Assembly: GCA_029856105.1 (NCBI GenBank)
Contig: JAHQWH010000006.1
Location: 1 to 63,576 of the forward strand
Source: Promethearchaeia archaeon
GTDB taxonomy: Archaea; Asgardarchaeota; Lokiarchaeia; Sigyniarchaeales; SOKP01
DNA: 63,576 bases
Reading direction: 5' to 3'
The translations under genes and the position numbers were made by a program. The notes below the pieces were generated by a model, which worked only from the letters and a program-made list of their open reading frames with translations, did not search any database and was not told the origin of the DNA. Below are positions 19,836 to 29,955 of this stretch, piece after piece. Position 1 is the first letter of the stretch. Each line of letters opens with the position of its first letter.

Positions 19836-20861
19836 TTAAATCTTATATTTTTTTAATAATTTTTCGGGTGTAAAAACGCCATCTTCTGTAATAATACCGG
19901 TTACTAATCTAAAGGGAGTTATGTCGAACGCGTAATTCAAGCATTCTACACCGTCAGGGACGATTTGTACCTTCCCAAGTACATTTTTTACTTCACCACT
20001 ATCTCTTTGCTCAATAGTAACATCCTCAACGGTCTCATGCAGAGATAATGTAGAAGTTGGAGCCGCAACGTAAAAAGGCACCTTATTATCGTACGCAGCT
20101 AAAGCGACCAAGTACGTTCCAATTTTATTAAAAACAGCGTCTGAAGTAACTCGGTCCGTCCCTACAATTACTTTGTTTATTTTTCCAAGCCTCATTAATA
20201 GACCTGAAGATGTATCAGAAATCACTTTTACAGGAATTTTATCGTATTGAAGTTCGTAGGCAGTTAATCTAGCTCCTTGTAATCTTGGTCTCGTTTCATC
20301 GGCAATCACGCTAATTTTTTTACCACCTTCAATTGCGCTTCGAATTGGTGCTAACGCCGTACCATATTGAACTGTAGCCAACGAACCTGCATTGCAATGA
20401 GTTAAAACAACATCACCATCTTCTAATAAAGTAGCACCATTTTTACCAATATTTTTGTTAACATTTACATCTTCTTGAGCCATTAATTTAGCTTCTTCGA
20501 CGACAAGTTCCGAAATATTTGAAGGGTTGTCTGGAAAAGAACTTAATATTTCCCAAATTCTATTTACTGCCCAAAACAAGTTAGAAGCGGTAGGTCTTGT
20601 ATTGCGAATAGTATCCGCAGCGTCCTCCATTTTTTTGAGGAATGTATCTTTTGGAAGCGCTTTATATTCTATTGTAGCTAATGCCATTCCCATTGCTGCG
20701 GCAACTCCAATTGCAGGAGCACCTCTAATGTTCATGATTTTAATAGCATTTGCCACATTTCTATAATCCTCAAACTCTAAAAACTCAAGTTTATGTGGTA
20801 ATAGAGTTTGATCGATCATTTTCACTTTATTGTCATGTGTCCATTCAATAGACGGGATCAT
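19836..20861 (-). CDS. mtnA: methylthioribose-1-phosphate isomerase (eIF2B-alpha-like family)
   Basis: DQTLLP, IRGAPAIG, RPTA.NL, LTHCNAGSLAT, ETRPRLQGARLT, NKIGT, FDITP. Confidence 0.93.
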   Translation of the reverse strand: MIPSIEWTHDNKVKMIDQTLLPHKLEFLEFEDYRNVANAIKIMNIRGAPAIGVAAAMGMALATIEYKALPKDTFLKKMEDAADTIRNTRPTASNLFWAVNRIWEILSSFPDNPSNISELVVEEAKLMAQEDVNVNKNIGKNGATLLEDGDVVLTHCNAGSLATVQYGTALAPIRSAIEGGKKISVIADETRPRLQGARLTAYELQYDKIPVKVISDTSSGLLMRLGKINKVIVGTDRVTSDAVFNKIGTYLVALAAYDNKVPFYVAAPTSTLSLHETVEDVTIEQRDSGEVKNVLGKVQIVPDGVECLNYAFDITPFRLVTGIITEDGVFTPEKLLKKYKI

Positions 20862-21004
20862 ATTAATCTTAAATATTACAAAGTTTAAAAAATTAAATTA
20901 GTAATATTTTTTATTACAGCAATTATTTTAATCTTGATAAGTTCCTTTACTTTAGGAAAATTGAAAGCTTAAATAAATGAAATTAAACAAGGACATGGTC
21001 TGGT

Positions 21005-22636
21005 ATGGACAAAAATACTTTGATCAAAAGCCTTCAAGATAAACTACCTTGGGAGTCATTTTTAGACCACATGGAAAGGGAAGGTTTTTTTAAATTAACT
21101 TTTATAAAGGCTTCAAAAATATCAAAAGGTAATAAATATTACAACCTCTTTCAATCCGGTTATGTGATGCTTGTCGGAGATCCAATACAAGCAAGCGTTA
21201 TTCGAGATACATCGCACCTGCACATAAGACCATATGTTCTGTTTAGACCTAAAGTAGAGACACAACTACGAGTTATAGTAAAAAATTCTCAAAAATTTAA
21301 GATTCCCATTACATTTGCTGGAGGAAAGACGGGTCTTTCTGGAAGTTATGGGAATTTTGGTATCATTGTTGATATGGTTGATTTTCAATCCTATAAAGAA
21401 CCAATGCGATTCGATTTTAAAAATAATACTGTTCGGGTAAATCAAAACGTTTTGGTATCAGATCTAATTAAGTATACTCTAATTAAAAGCGAAAGTGAAT
21501 TAATTTTTCCCGTTCAACCAGCGAGTGCTTTAAAGCTACCTGTAAGAGTAGGGGGTTTAATTGCTTCGAATGCAAGCGGGATAACCTCTGGAAAATTAGG
21601 TTCTGTCGAAGATTGGATAAAAAATATTCGGATTATGACGCCAGATGGAGAGGTGGCTGAAGTTGACAGAAATGATCCGCTTTGTCTAAATATTATTGGT
21701 GGAAATGGTTATTTTGGCGTAATATTGAGCACTCTATTTCGATTGTATCGTCCTGAAACTAATTTAAAACAAGCTATTACGTATGGATATAATTTGAATT
21801 TAGCGTTTAAGGGTTTGCAATCAGTTTTAGATTCTAAGATTTTTCCCTTAGTTAGCGAATTTGTAATTTCAGATGAAAGTCTTCCTGGAAAGTTTAGCGA
21901 ATTTGGGGACGAAAGTAAAAAGAATAAAGATGTGAAATGGGCAGCCCTTATTGAAGGAACTAAGAATAACGTTGATAAATTTATTGATGTAATGAAACAA
22001 CAGGCTGATTGTTCTTGGAAAATATTAACTGAAGAAGAATTTCAAGATTATCTTCAAGAACGCTCTTCTTTTGCTTTAATAGTTCAAACTGAAGACAAAA
22101 CTACCGATTATATCGCATTTCCAGGGTTTGAAGATATCTTAAGCGAACCAAAAAACTTACCAGATATCATTGAGACTATAAATGAACTATTTAGAAAGCA
22201 TGGGTTCCATAAAGTAATTTTTGGATACGGTCATATAAATTTTCGGAAGGGTCAAGGATTACTATTACATATGCGCTTACCAGTCCCAATTCCGTATTTC
22301 TACAAAGAAAACGAAAAGAATTTGAAATTAATATGCGAAACTGTCTTTGACGTTATTATTAATCTTAAAAATAAATTCAACATAAAACATAAAGCAGAAC
22401 ATAGCCCTGGTCCCTTTAAAATCTGGCTAGAACCTAAATTTAGAAAATTTCTACGACAAGAAACAAAAAGCGGCGCGGCATTTTCAAATCCTCATTTAAT
22501 GATCTTTGATGAATTACTTCTCAAAAAGTTCAAAGTTTCACTTGATGGTTTGCAGAGCATAGATGAGCAATTACTTATGAGCGAGAAAGAGGATTTATTT
22601 GTTTCAGCGATGATTTTATATCTATCGGGAGAATAG
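21005..22636 (+). CDS. FAD-linked oxidoreductase (PCMH/VAO family, GlcD/D-lactate dehydrogenase-like)
   Basis: AGGKTGLSG, VGGLIASNASG, GGNGYFGVI, YGH, AEHSPG. Confidence 0.8.
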   Translation: MDKNTLIKSLQDKLPWESFLDHMEREGFFKLTFIKASKISKGNKYYNLFQSGYVMLVGDPIQASVIRDTSHLHIRPYVLFRPKVETQLRVIVKNSQKFKIPITFAGGKTGLSGSYGNFGIIVDMVDFQSYKEPMRFDFKNNTVRVNQNVLVSDLIKYTLIKSESELIFPVQPASALKLPVRVGGLIASNASGITSGKLGSVEDWIKNIRIMTPDGEVAEVDRNDPLCLNIIGGNGYFGVILSTLFRLYRPETNLKQAITYGYNLNLAFKGLQSVLDSKIFPLVSEFVISDESLPGKFSEFGDESKKNKDVKWAALIEGTKNNVDKFIDVMKQQADCSWKILTEEEFQDYLQERSSFALIVQTEDKTTDYIAFPGFEDILSEPKNLPDIIETINELFRKHGFHKVIFGYGHINFRKGQGLLLHMRLPVPIPYFYKENEKNLKLICETVFDVIINLKNKFNIKHKAEHSPGPFKIWLEPKFRKFLRQETKSGAAFSNPHLMIFDELLLKKFKVSLDGLQSIDEQLLMSEKEDLFVSAMILYLSGE

Positions 22637-22717
22637 TGCCTAATTTATAAAAAATTACATAAAGATTTATTTTTGTTTTTAGTATCATAAAAATATTCGA
22701 ACTTTGAGAAATTTATT

Positions 22718-23587
22718 ATGATCATTGAAAAAATCAAAGGGTTCTTGAAGTTAATAAGAATTGAATTGTGTGTGTTTGGAACGATCGGCTTTTTTGTATC
22801 TGGCATCCTTGCGGGAGATTTAGTTGGGTTTCAAACGGAATATCTCTTAGGTTTTTCAATAATTTTTCTATCAGAAGCAGGCGCTTTTGCCATTAACGAT
22901 TATTTCGATTATGAAATAGATAAAAACAATAATAGGCGTGATAGACCTTTAGTTTTAGGTTTAATATCTCGAAGAACTGCACTAATAACTGCAATTGTAT
23001 TATTTTTAATCGTAATTATATTATCTCTATTTTTAAACAATATAGCAACCATTATTGCCCTAATTAGCGTCCCAATTTTTTATATTTATTCTATGGGGTT
23101 AAAGAAAAAGGTGCTACTAAAGAATCTTTTAATTGCTTATTCTTATGCCGTTACAATATTATTTGGGTCCTTAGTATCAGATGCCCTTTTGGAACCTATT
23201 ATTGTGTACTTTGCTATTATGGGTTTTATTGTGGGTTTAGGTTCAGAAATCATGTTCGATATTGCTGATGTTGAAGGCGATAAAAAATTAGGCATTAATA
23301 CTATACCAAATAAATTTGGACTAAAATATGCAGCTGTAATTTCAGTAATACTTTATTCCATTATTATCCTTATGGATCCTTTGCCTTTTTTCATTTTTAT
23401 TGATTCCCGTCTCTATTTTGATCTGATATTTCTTATTCTTATTCTAATACCTGTAATTTCCTACGTTTTTCTATCGATTTCATTATTAAAAAATCAATCA
23501 AAAGAAAATACCTTAAAGTTAAGAAAACTTATTTTTGTAATAATGCAAATAGGAACTTTGTCCTATCTTGTTGGAGTATTAATATAA
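22718..23587 (+). CDS. UbiA prenyltransferase (DGGGP synthase-like)
   Basis: NDYFDYEID..N...RPL and DIADVEGD Asp-rich motifs; multiple TMs. Confidence 0.88.
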   Translation: MIIEKIKGFLKLIRIELCVFGTIGFFVSGILAGDLVGFQTEYLLGFSIIFLSEAGAFAINDYFDYEIDKNNNRRDRPLVLGLISRRTALITAIVLFLIVIILSLFLNNIATIIALISVPIFYIYSMGLKKKVLLKNLLIAYSYAVTILFGSLVSDALLEPIIVYFAIMGFIVGLGSEIMFDIADVEGDKKLGINTIPNKFGLKYAAVISVILYSIIILMDPLPFFIFIDSRLYFDLIFLILILIPVISYVFLSISLLKNQSKENTLKLRKLIFVIMQIGTLSYLVGVLI

Positions 23588-23609
23588 TTTCAGAGAAGTT
23601 AAGAATAGA

Positions 23610-24500
23610 ATGGTTAAAACATCAAGTGATTTAATGAAAATTGTAAAATCACCCATAATTTCTTGTTCTCGCAGAACAGATATTCCCGCTTTTTTAATGG
23701 ATTGGGTTATCGATAGAATCCAGATCGGTTATGTGGATGTGGTTAATCCATTTAATCGAAAACAGGTGTCTCGAGTTTCGTTAAAACCCGAGGATGTAAG
23801 ATGTTGGGTGTGGTGGAGTAAAAATTTTGAAGAATGGATTAAAAACTATGAAAAAAACACTCAAGTTTTTAAATCTTATAAGGGACATTACTTTCAATTT
23901 ACGATTAATTCACCTTCTGAATTAGAGCAAAATCTGGTTATCTCCTTAAAAGAGAGATTTGACCAATTAAAATGGTTAATCAATGAGTTTGGTTCCAATG
24001 CTGTAAGCTTTAGATTCGATCCTATCATTCTATACAAAAAACAAAATAAAAATGGAATAAAAAGCAATCTAGATAGATTTGAATACATTGTAGAAAATGT
24101 TTCTGCACTTGGGCTGAAGGAAATAATATTTTCCTTCGCTACAATTTATGCAAAAGTAAACAATCGAATGAAAACAAGAGGATTTATCCCCATTGTTCCT
24201 TCCTTTAGAAAAAAGAAAGAGATTCTCAATAAGTTATTAGAAATTTGCGAAAAACATGAAATGCAGATGAAAGCTTGTTGCCAACCCGATTTACTTGAAA
24301 TAAATGGCATTGAACAAGCTCATTGTATTGACGCTAATAAAATCGAGCAAATCATAGGGGAGAAGATTTCAAAAGCAAAAGATACAGGACAAAGGAAAGG
24401 CTGTGGGTGTTTTAAGTCTAAAGATATTGGGGGATATACTGGAATATTTCGTTGCAAACACAATTGTGCTTATTGTTACGCATCGCCAGCAAAGAATTAG
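23610..24500 (+). CDS. DUF1848 family protein
   Basis: IISCSRRTDIPAF, NPFN, RFDPI, CGC..SKDIG.Y...C.H.C.YCYA. Confidence 0.88.
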   Translation: MVKTSSDLMKIVKSPIISCSRRTDIPAFLMDWVIDRIQIGYVDVVNPFNRKQVSRVSLKPEDVRCWVWWSKNFEEWIKNYEKNTQVFKSYKGHYFQFTINSPSELEQNLVISLKERFDQLKWLINEFGSNAVSFRFDPIILYKKQNKNGIKSNLDRFEYIVENVSALGLKEIIFSFATIYAKVNNRMKTRGFIPIVPSFRKKKEILNKLLEICEKHEMQMKACCQPDLLEINGIEQAHCIDANKIEQIIGEKISKAKDTGQRKGCGCFKSKDIGGYTGIFRCKHNCAYCYASPAKN

Positions 24501-24604
24501 ATTTCAGTAATATTTTTATACATATCATTAACATATAAAAATTGTCATTTTTGTCAAAAAATGATGCGAATCTAATAAAATATTAATTATTTAAGGTGAT
24601 ATAG

Positions 24605-24931
24605 ATGGTAATAGTTATGACTACAGTATGGATTCCTCATGCTAAAGCCTCCGAGGCAGGGAAACTGTTCATTGAAGCTTCGAAAAAATTTCCAGGAGAT
24701 AAATCCCTTTCCAAACAACTCCTAAATAATGCTATCGCTGTAACCAAAGAAGGATATAAATCAGTAAGCGCGTCTGAAATTAAAGAAGGGAATCTTAATG
24801 CATTTACTGCCCAACTAAATAAAACCCTACTTTTTATCGCAAATGGTATTGAGGGCTATAAATATCAGGTTGAAGTCATGTCTTCAATTGTCGAAGCACT
24901 GGATATTCTAGGGCTCAAGCCACCAGAATAA
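24605..24931 (+). CDS. small hypothetical protein
   Basis: Strong AGGTGA RBS; alternating beta/alpha pattern. Confidence 0.75.
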   Translation: MVIVMTTVWIPHAKASEAGKLFIEASKKFPGDKSLSKQLLNNAIAVTKEGYKSVSASEIKEGNLNAFTAQLNKTLLFIANGIEGYKYQVEVMSSIVEALDILGLKPPE

Positions 24932-24979
24932 ATTCAAAATAAACAAATCTTTTTTTTTTCTTTAATAAAAAATAAAAAC

Positions 24980-25945
24980 TTATTTCCATGTTTTTTTAAA
25001 AACTTGTAATAAATTAGTATGAGAGATTTTTTCAATATCTTGTTCACTATAACCATTTTCAAGAAGATAATCCCATAATCGGGGAAACCTAGAGCAATCT
25101 TTAACGCAAGTTGGTGTAGCTGCACCATCAAAATCTGAACCTATGGCTACTATATCGATACTAGCAATTTCAACGAGATGGTCAATATGTTTTTTAATTG
25201 AATCAAAATTTAGGTTATAATTATACATCCCGGGTTCTTTAGCATTTAGAAAACCCATCACAAAATTAATTCCTACGGTTCCATGCTTTTCATGAATTGC
25301 TTTTATTTGCTCATCAGTTAAATTCCTTGGATGATTAACAATTGCGCGAGCATTTGAATGTGAGGCAAAAATCGGTTTTTCAGTGATTTCATAAACATCC
25401 CAAAAAGAAGGTTCGTTTAAATGAGAAACATCTATGGTGATACCAAGGGCTTGTGCTTCACCAACTAATTTCATTCCTTCTTTGGTTAGACCAGTTTCTT
25501 TTTGAGGGTTGTTAAACATCACTCCCGTAGCAAATTTATTGACATTTGACCAGCTTAAACCCATTGTTCGCAACCCAAGACGATACGCAATTCTTAAAAG
25601 GCGAAAAGTTTTATCGATCCCTCCAGCACCCTCAAAGTGTAGGATAGCTCCCCTTTTACCCGATGTTTGTATTTTAGCGAAATCATCAATTCTTTTAATT
25701 TGCATTAATTTATTAATTGGATTAGAGACAAATTGAAACCATAAGTCAAGACCTTTTAGAATGCGATTAGTAGACGAAGCTGGATAGATTGCAAAAATTG
25801 CAGCTTGCACGTTTCCTTCTTCCATACGAGGTATATCATAATGACCAATTTCAGAACGCACTGAAAAGTCACGCTTATCTCTTGAGCTTTTTTTAATCGT
25901 ATCGATATGACCATCAAGTACAGAAAAATTAAAATTGTTAACCAT
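24980..25945 (-). CDS. membrane dipeptidase family (peptidase M19)
   Basis: DGHID, HFEG, DVSHL, ASHSN, HPRNLTD, GSDFDG. Confidence 0.92.
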   Translation of the reverse strand: MVNNFNFSVLDGHIDTIKKSSRDKRDFSVRSEIGHYDIPRMEEGNVQAAIFAIYPASSTNRILKGLDLWFQFVSNPINKLMQIKRIDDFAKIQTSGKRGAILHFEGAGGIDKTFRLLRIAYRLGLRTMGLSWSNVNKFATGVMFNNPQKETGLTKEGMKLVGEAQALGITIDVSHLNEPSFWDVYEITEKPIFASHSNARAIVNHPRNLTDEQIKAIHEKHGTVGINFVMGFLNAKEPGMYNYNLNFDSIKKHIDHLVEIASIDIVAIGSDFDGAATPTCVKDCSRFPRLWDYLLENGYSEQDIEKISHTNLLQVFKKTWK

Positions 25946-26172
25946 GATTACAAAACCATTTTATTTAAAAAAAGTAGTATTATATAAAAAACTATAATGT
26001 ACCTACCTTACTTGCTTTAAATTTAAAAGCAATTAAGGCTAATTCTTCTTGATGGCTAAAAAGAGCACAAGGAGAGCCTTCAGTTTCCAATAAATGTTCA
26101 TTTTCCCTTATATATTTAAAAAAATCGCTAGCTAATCCTTCATGTAATGATGATTTAGTTAAATTATGCGTA

Positions 26173-26277
26173 GTGCTAAAAATCGCAAAAATTTTAAGAA
26201 TAGATTTAGAAACGAAAAACATTGACTATGAAAATTACACTGATTCTTCAGAGAGAATATTAGAAAATAAAAAATGA
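26173..26277 (+). pseudogene. 34-codon fragment resembling an aldehyde:ferredoxin oxidoreductase N-terminus
   Basis: GTG-started frame reads (M)LKIAKILRIDLETKNIDYE..., versus MRIMGKILRVDLDTKKISTE of the adjacent AOR. Confidence 0.55.
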
Positions 26278-26301
26278 GGAATTTATTAATATTAAAATTA
26301 T

Positions 26302-28113
26302 TTAAGTAGGGTTTCCCTCTGAATCCCATCCTCTTAGATTATAATATTTCGGAAGTAATTCAACTAAGGGTGGAATATTTTGTTTTGTACCCCCTTTTTT
26401 TATAGGAGTAAAGAATCTAGTACCGATGGTATCGTCTTCTTTAGTAATTCCACAATCAATATTAAATTTCCGTTTCAAATTGAATATTCTTTCGCCCGCT
26501 TGGACCCAACTTTCGACTGTATAAGCTCGCCCGGTAATTGTGTTTAAAGAGTGAACCCATGGTATAATTTGATTAACATACCAAAAACCAAAAATACATC
26601 CACCACACGCGGAATATGCTTCACTGGAATCTTGAATTTTAACAACAGCATTAACGACGTCGTCGGTTCCAAATCGGTCAACTTGTTTATCCAATCCAAT
26701 GTCAATTTTCTGATTTGCCATTGAAGATAAATGCATTGGTTCATAGCAATGATACGCACCGCGAGAAGAAGTTGCATAATCTAAAGCGGTCATATTATTG
26801 CTTCTGGGTTCATGAGCTGGAACTTCAAGACCCTTACCGTGTGTTTCAAGATCCTCCGGTAAGTTTCTTTTTCGGCAAAATATCCTAACTCCTTCAGCTA
26901 GATCATCACCGACCCCTTCTCGCATAGCAATCATTCGAAATAATTTTTCAATTACTGAAATAGCTCCCCAAATTTGATATTCGCCAGGTTTTTCCGGATC
27001 AAGTTCAAACCCAATTTCTTTAAGATCGAGATCAATCAATTTTCGTTCTGTAGCTTCAAGAAATGCTCCAAGTGTGCTCCCAAGTGAAATAGTATCAATT
27101 CCCAGATCATTTAAAATTCCATTCCATTTAATTAAGGCATCTAAATCTTTAACCATTAGAAGGGCTCCTATCATTGCAAGAGTTTCATATTCGGGCCATG
27201 CAACCATTTGACCTTCAAAATTTATAAATGCCCTACAGGCAACAGGACAATTGAAACACGCGTAATGTTTTATCTCATATTTTTCTTGTAGGGCGAAATA
27301 CCCAATCTTTTTTGTTCCTGGCCATCTACTTAAGGTATAGTTTTTGATAGGAATATCTCCCATGCTCACATAATTATCCATATGTATAGGTGTCCCACCA
27401 TCTTTCATTGCATTAGCCAATGGGCTTTCTTTTACCATATCTCTTATTATTTTTACTGCGCTTTTTAAACCATCTTTATTATCGATGTCTACTTGACCTT
27501 GCCCTCGAACAGCAATTGCTTTTAATTTTTTACTACCCATTACTGCCCCCATTCCACATCGTCCAGATGCATGTTGAGATTCACTTATTATAGCAGCGTA
27601 TTTCACGAGATTAACTCCCGCAGGACCTATAGAGGCAATTTTTATTTTATCGTCTCTAATTATTTGTTTGATTGTATCTTCTGTCTTTATAGTACCAAAA
27701 TTCCATATTTCAGAAGCATCACGAATCTCTACGTTCTCATTATCAATCCATAGGAAAATAGGGTTTTCGCTTATACCTTTAATAACAATATGATCAAAAC
27801 CAGCACTTTTTAATTCCTTTCCAAAAAATCCCCCAGCAGAAGATTCCCCAATAATTCCAGTTAAAGGCGATTTTGCCATTACAAAATGACGCCCACAAAA
27901 AGGAACAGTAGTACCGCAAAATGGGCCTACTGAAAAGATCAGCAAATTTTTACCATCATATGGATCAATTTTTGCAGGCACTTCACGTGTAAATATCGCA
28001 GCGGCGACACCAGCACCACCAATATAATTCTCTTCATCAGAAGGGTTAACATCTTCCGTAGAGATCTTTTTTGTATCTAAATCAACTCTTAAAATTTTTC
28101 CCATTATTCTCAC
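26302..28113 (-). CDS. tungsten aldehyde:ferredoxin oxidoreductase family
   Basis: KILRVDL, KSPLTG, SIGPAG, GMGAVMGSKKLKAI, CFNCPVAC, PEYET, DLGIDTIS, YYNLRGWD. Confidence 0.95.
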   Translation of the reverse strand: MRIMGKILRVDLDTKKISTEDVNPSDEENYIGGAGVAAAIFTREVPAKIDPYDGKNLLIFSVGPFCGTTVPFCGRHFVMAKSPLTGIIGESSAGGFFGKELKSAGFDHIVIKGISENPIFLWIDNENVEIRDASEIWNFGTIKTEDTIKQIIRDDKIKIASIGPAGVNLVKYAAIISESQHASGRCGMGAVMGSKKLKAIAVRGQGQVDIDNKDGLKSAVKIIRDMVKESPLANAMKDGGTPIHMDNYVSMGDIPIKNYTLSRWPGTKKIGYFALQEKYEIKHYACFNCPVACRAFINFEGQMVAWPEYETLAMIGALLMVKDLDALIKWNGILNDLGIDTISLGSTLGAFLEATERKLIDLDLKEIGFELDPEKPGEYQIWGAISVIEKLFRMIAMREGVGDDLAEGVRIFCRKRNLPEDLETHGKGLEVPAHEPRSNNMTALDYATSSRGAYHCYEPMHLSSMANQKIDIGLDKQVDRFGTDDVVNAVVKIQDSSEAYSACGGCIFGFWYVNQIIPWVHSLNTITGRAYTVESWVQAGERIFNLKRKFNIDCGITKEDDTIGTRFFTPIKKGGTKQNIPPLVELLPKYYNLRGWDSEGNPT

Positions 28114-28242
28114 TCTTTCAAAAATTATAGAATTCTAGTAATACTTTCATTTTCTTATTTATTAAACTTTCTATAAAACTCTTTATTGAAAGATTTTTTA
28201 TGAAAAAGACTTGAAAACCAGCTTAATTATTAAAAAAAAACT

Positions 28243-28806
28243 CTATTGAATTAAATCAGATAAAGGATTACCGATTAATTCTATAATTTTAATATAGGAT
28301 GTAAATATCATTTCATTGCTAATTGTTGAATCGAATGAAATCGATAAAACTAACGCTTTATGGAAATATATTATTAGAAGTTTTCCATCTTCTCCTTCGA
28401 TATAAGAAATTTTGAATTTTCCTTTATTAGTTGCGACGCATGCTCTTTGCGCTAGACTAAATAGAGCAGTAGTCATTGCTGCATAACGGGATTCATTAGC
28501 TCCTTCCGGAAGTATACTACTTATTGGAGCACCATCAACAATACTTATAAGAATGACAGCTTTTACACCATCAAGCTTCTTTATAATTCTCATTATGAAA
28601 GATGCATTGGACAATTTGTCTGAAAGTTTATATATTTTATATCTATCTGAAAACATACCTGTTTCTTGTACTATGGCTCTATCTTTTAATCTTTTAATAG
28701 TAGTTCTTATTTTTGGTTCTTCAATCCCTGTTATTTCGCTTAATTGAAGAATTGTTAAAGCTTTTGTTTTTAATTCTTTTATTAATTTTTCTGCTATAGT
28801 TGTCAT
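28243..28806 (-). CDS. winged-helix HTH fused to roadblock/LC7 domain
   Basis: LTILQLSEITGIEEPKIRTTIKRL HTH, then GVKAVILISIVDGAPISS..P...E..YAAMTTALFSLAQR roadblock; AGGTGA RBS. Confidence 0.8.
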   Translation of the reverse strand: MTTIAEKLIKELKTKALTILQLSEITGIEEPKIRTTIKRLKDRAIVQETGMFSDRYKIYKLSDKLSNASFIMRIIKKLDGVKAVILISIVDGAPISSILPEGANESRYAAMTTALFSLAQRACVATNKGKFKISYIEGEDGKLLIIYFHKALVLSISFDSTISNEMIFTSYIKIIELIGNPLSDLIQ

Positions 28807-28843
28807 ACAATATCACCTTTTTAAAAAAGTAATTGTTATACAA

Positions 28844-28869
28844 ACATCTTTTCTAATATTAAAAGATGT
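28844..28869. promoter_or_regulatory. perfect 9-bp inverted repeat, candidate operator
   Basis: ACATCTTTT-N8-AAAAGATGT lies between a TATA-like run (about 28878-28889) and the RBS of the wHTH-roadblock gene. Confidence 0.5.
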
Positions 28870-28965
28870 ACTTATGTTATATATATAGAGATTTGTCTAT
28901 TTAAATGTTATGAAAGTGTTATTTTGATAATATAAAAATTAGAAAAAATAGATTAAATTGCTTAA

Positions 28966-29865
28966 CTAAAAATCGTTAAATTCAAAATCAGAAAAAATTA
29001 ATTTAATTCTCTCTTTACTTTTATTATCTAACCATTCAGAATGATCATAGGATGGTTTAATTCCTATCTTTTCTGGTTTAGAGAGCCAGAGTGGATTATA
29101 AGGTAATAATCCTATTTTTTTTATTTTTAAGGTTTTCAAAAAATTAGCTAAGTTATTCAAATTTTCATCTGTATCTGTTATATTAGGAATAAGGGGAATC
29201 CTTGGTAATATTTCTATTGATTTGTTTTTAATGATATCTTCAAAATTTTCTAATATCTTCTCGTTTGAAACTTTACAATATCTAGCATGTAATTTTGGAT
29301 TGTAAATTTTCAAATCAAAATAAATAAGGTCGATATATGGTAAAATAAATTCATAAAATTTGTCTCGATTATAATATCCACTGGTCTCTAAACATACATG
29401 AATATCTTCTTTTTTGAGTTCTTTTACTAATTCATTTATGTAATCTATATGATAAAGCGGTTCTCCACCAGAAAAAGTAACCCCTCCACCTGAATTTTTA
29501 TAAAAAATTTTATCTTTTAATATAATTTCAAGTAATTCTTTTATGCTATATTCTTGTCCTACAAATTCTAAGGCATAATTTGGGCATACTTCAATGCATT
29601 TACCACAGAGATTACATAAAGAGCGATCTATTCGATATTTGTTTGAAAAATCAATAGCATCTTGATTACAGGATTCTATACAACTTCCACATTCTGAACA
29701 CATCTGTTTATCAAATGATAATTCTAAAAATGGAGATTTAGCTTCAGGATTTTGGCACCATACACAAGAAAGTGGGCAACCTTTAAAAAAAAGTAATGTC
29801 CTTATTCCCGGACCGTCATCTAAAGCGTTCCTTCTAATATCTACTAATAGAGTTTTATCTGTCAT
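28966..29865 (-). CDS. glycyl-radical enzyme activating enzyme (radical SAM with 2x[4Fe-4S] insert)
   Basis: DGPGIRT..FFKGCPLSCVWCQNPE, two CxxCxxCxxxC motifs, GGVTFSGGEP, LLPYN. Confidence 0.95.
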   Translation of the reverse strand: MTDKTLLVDIRRNALDDGPGIRTLLFFKGCPLSCVWCQNPEAKSPFLELSFDKQMCSECGSCIESCNQDAIDFSNKYRIDRSLCNLCGKCIEVCPNYALEFVGQEYSIKELLEIILKDKIFYKNSGGGVTFSGGEPLYHIDYINELVKELKKEDIHVCLETSGYYNRDKFYEFILPYIDLIYFDLKIYNPKLHARYCKVSNEKILENFEDIIKNKSIEILPRIPLIPNITDTDENLNNLANFLKTLKIKKIGLLPYNPLWLSKPEKIGIKPSYDHSEWLDNKSKERIKLIFSDFEFNDF

Positions 29866-29955
29866 TGTTAAGAATACAATATCGTCAATAAAAGTAAAGA
29901 TAAAAAAATTAAAAAGTTAGAGGAAATGAATAAAAAAATATATTTTTTATTAGGT

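Noticed and set aside
25992-26222. 76-aa minus-strand ORF
   Set aside because: No recognisable motif and it overlaps the AOR-like remnant on the other strand; it could be debris but cannot be supported.
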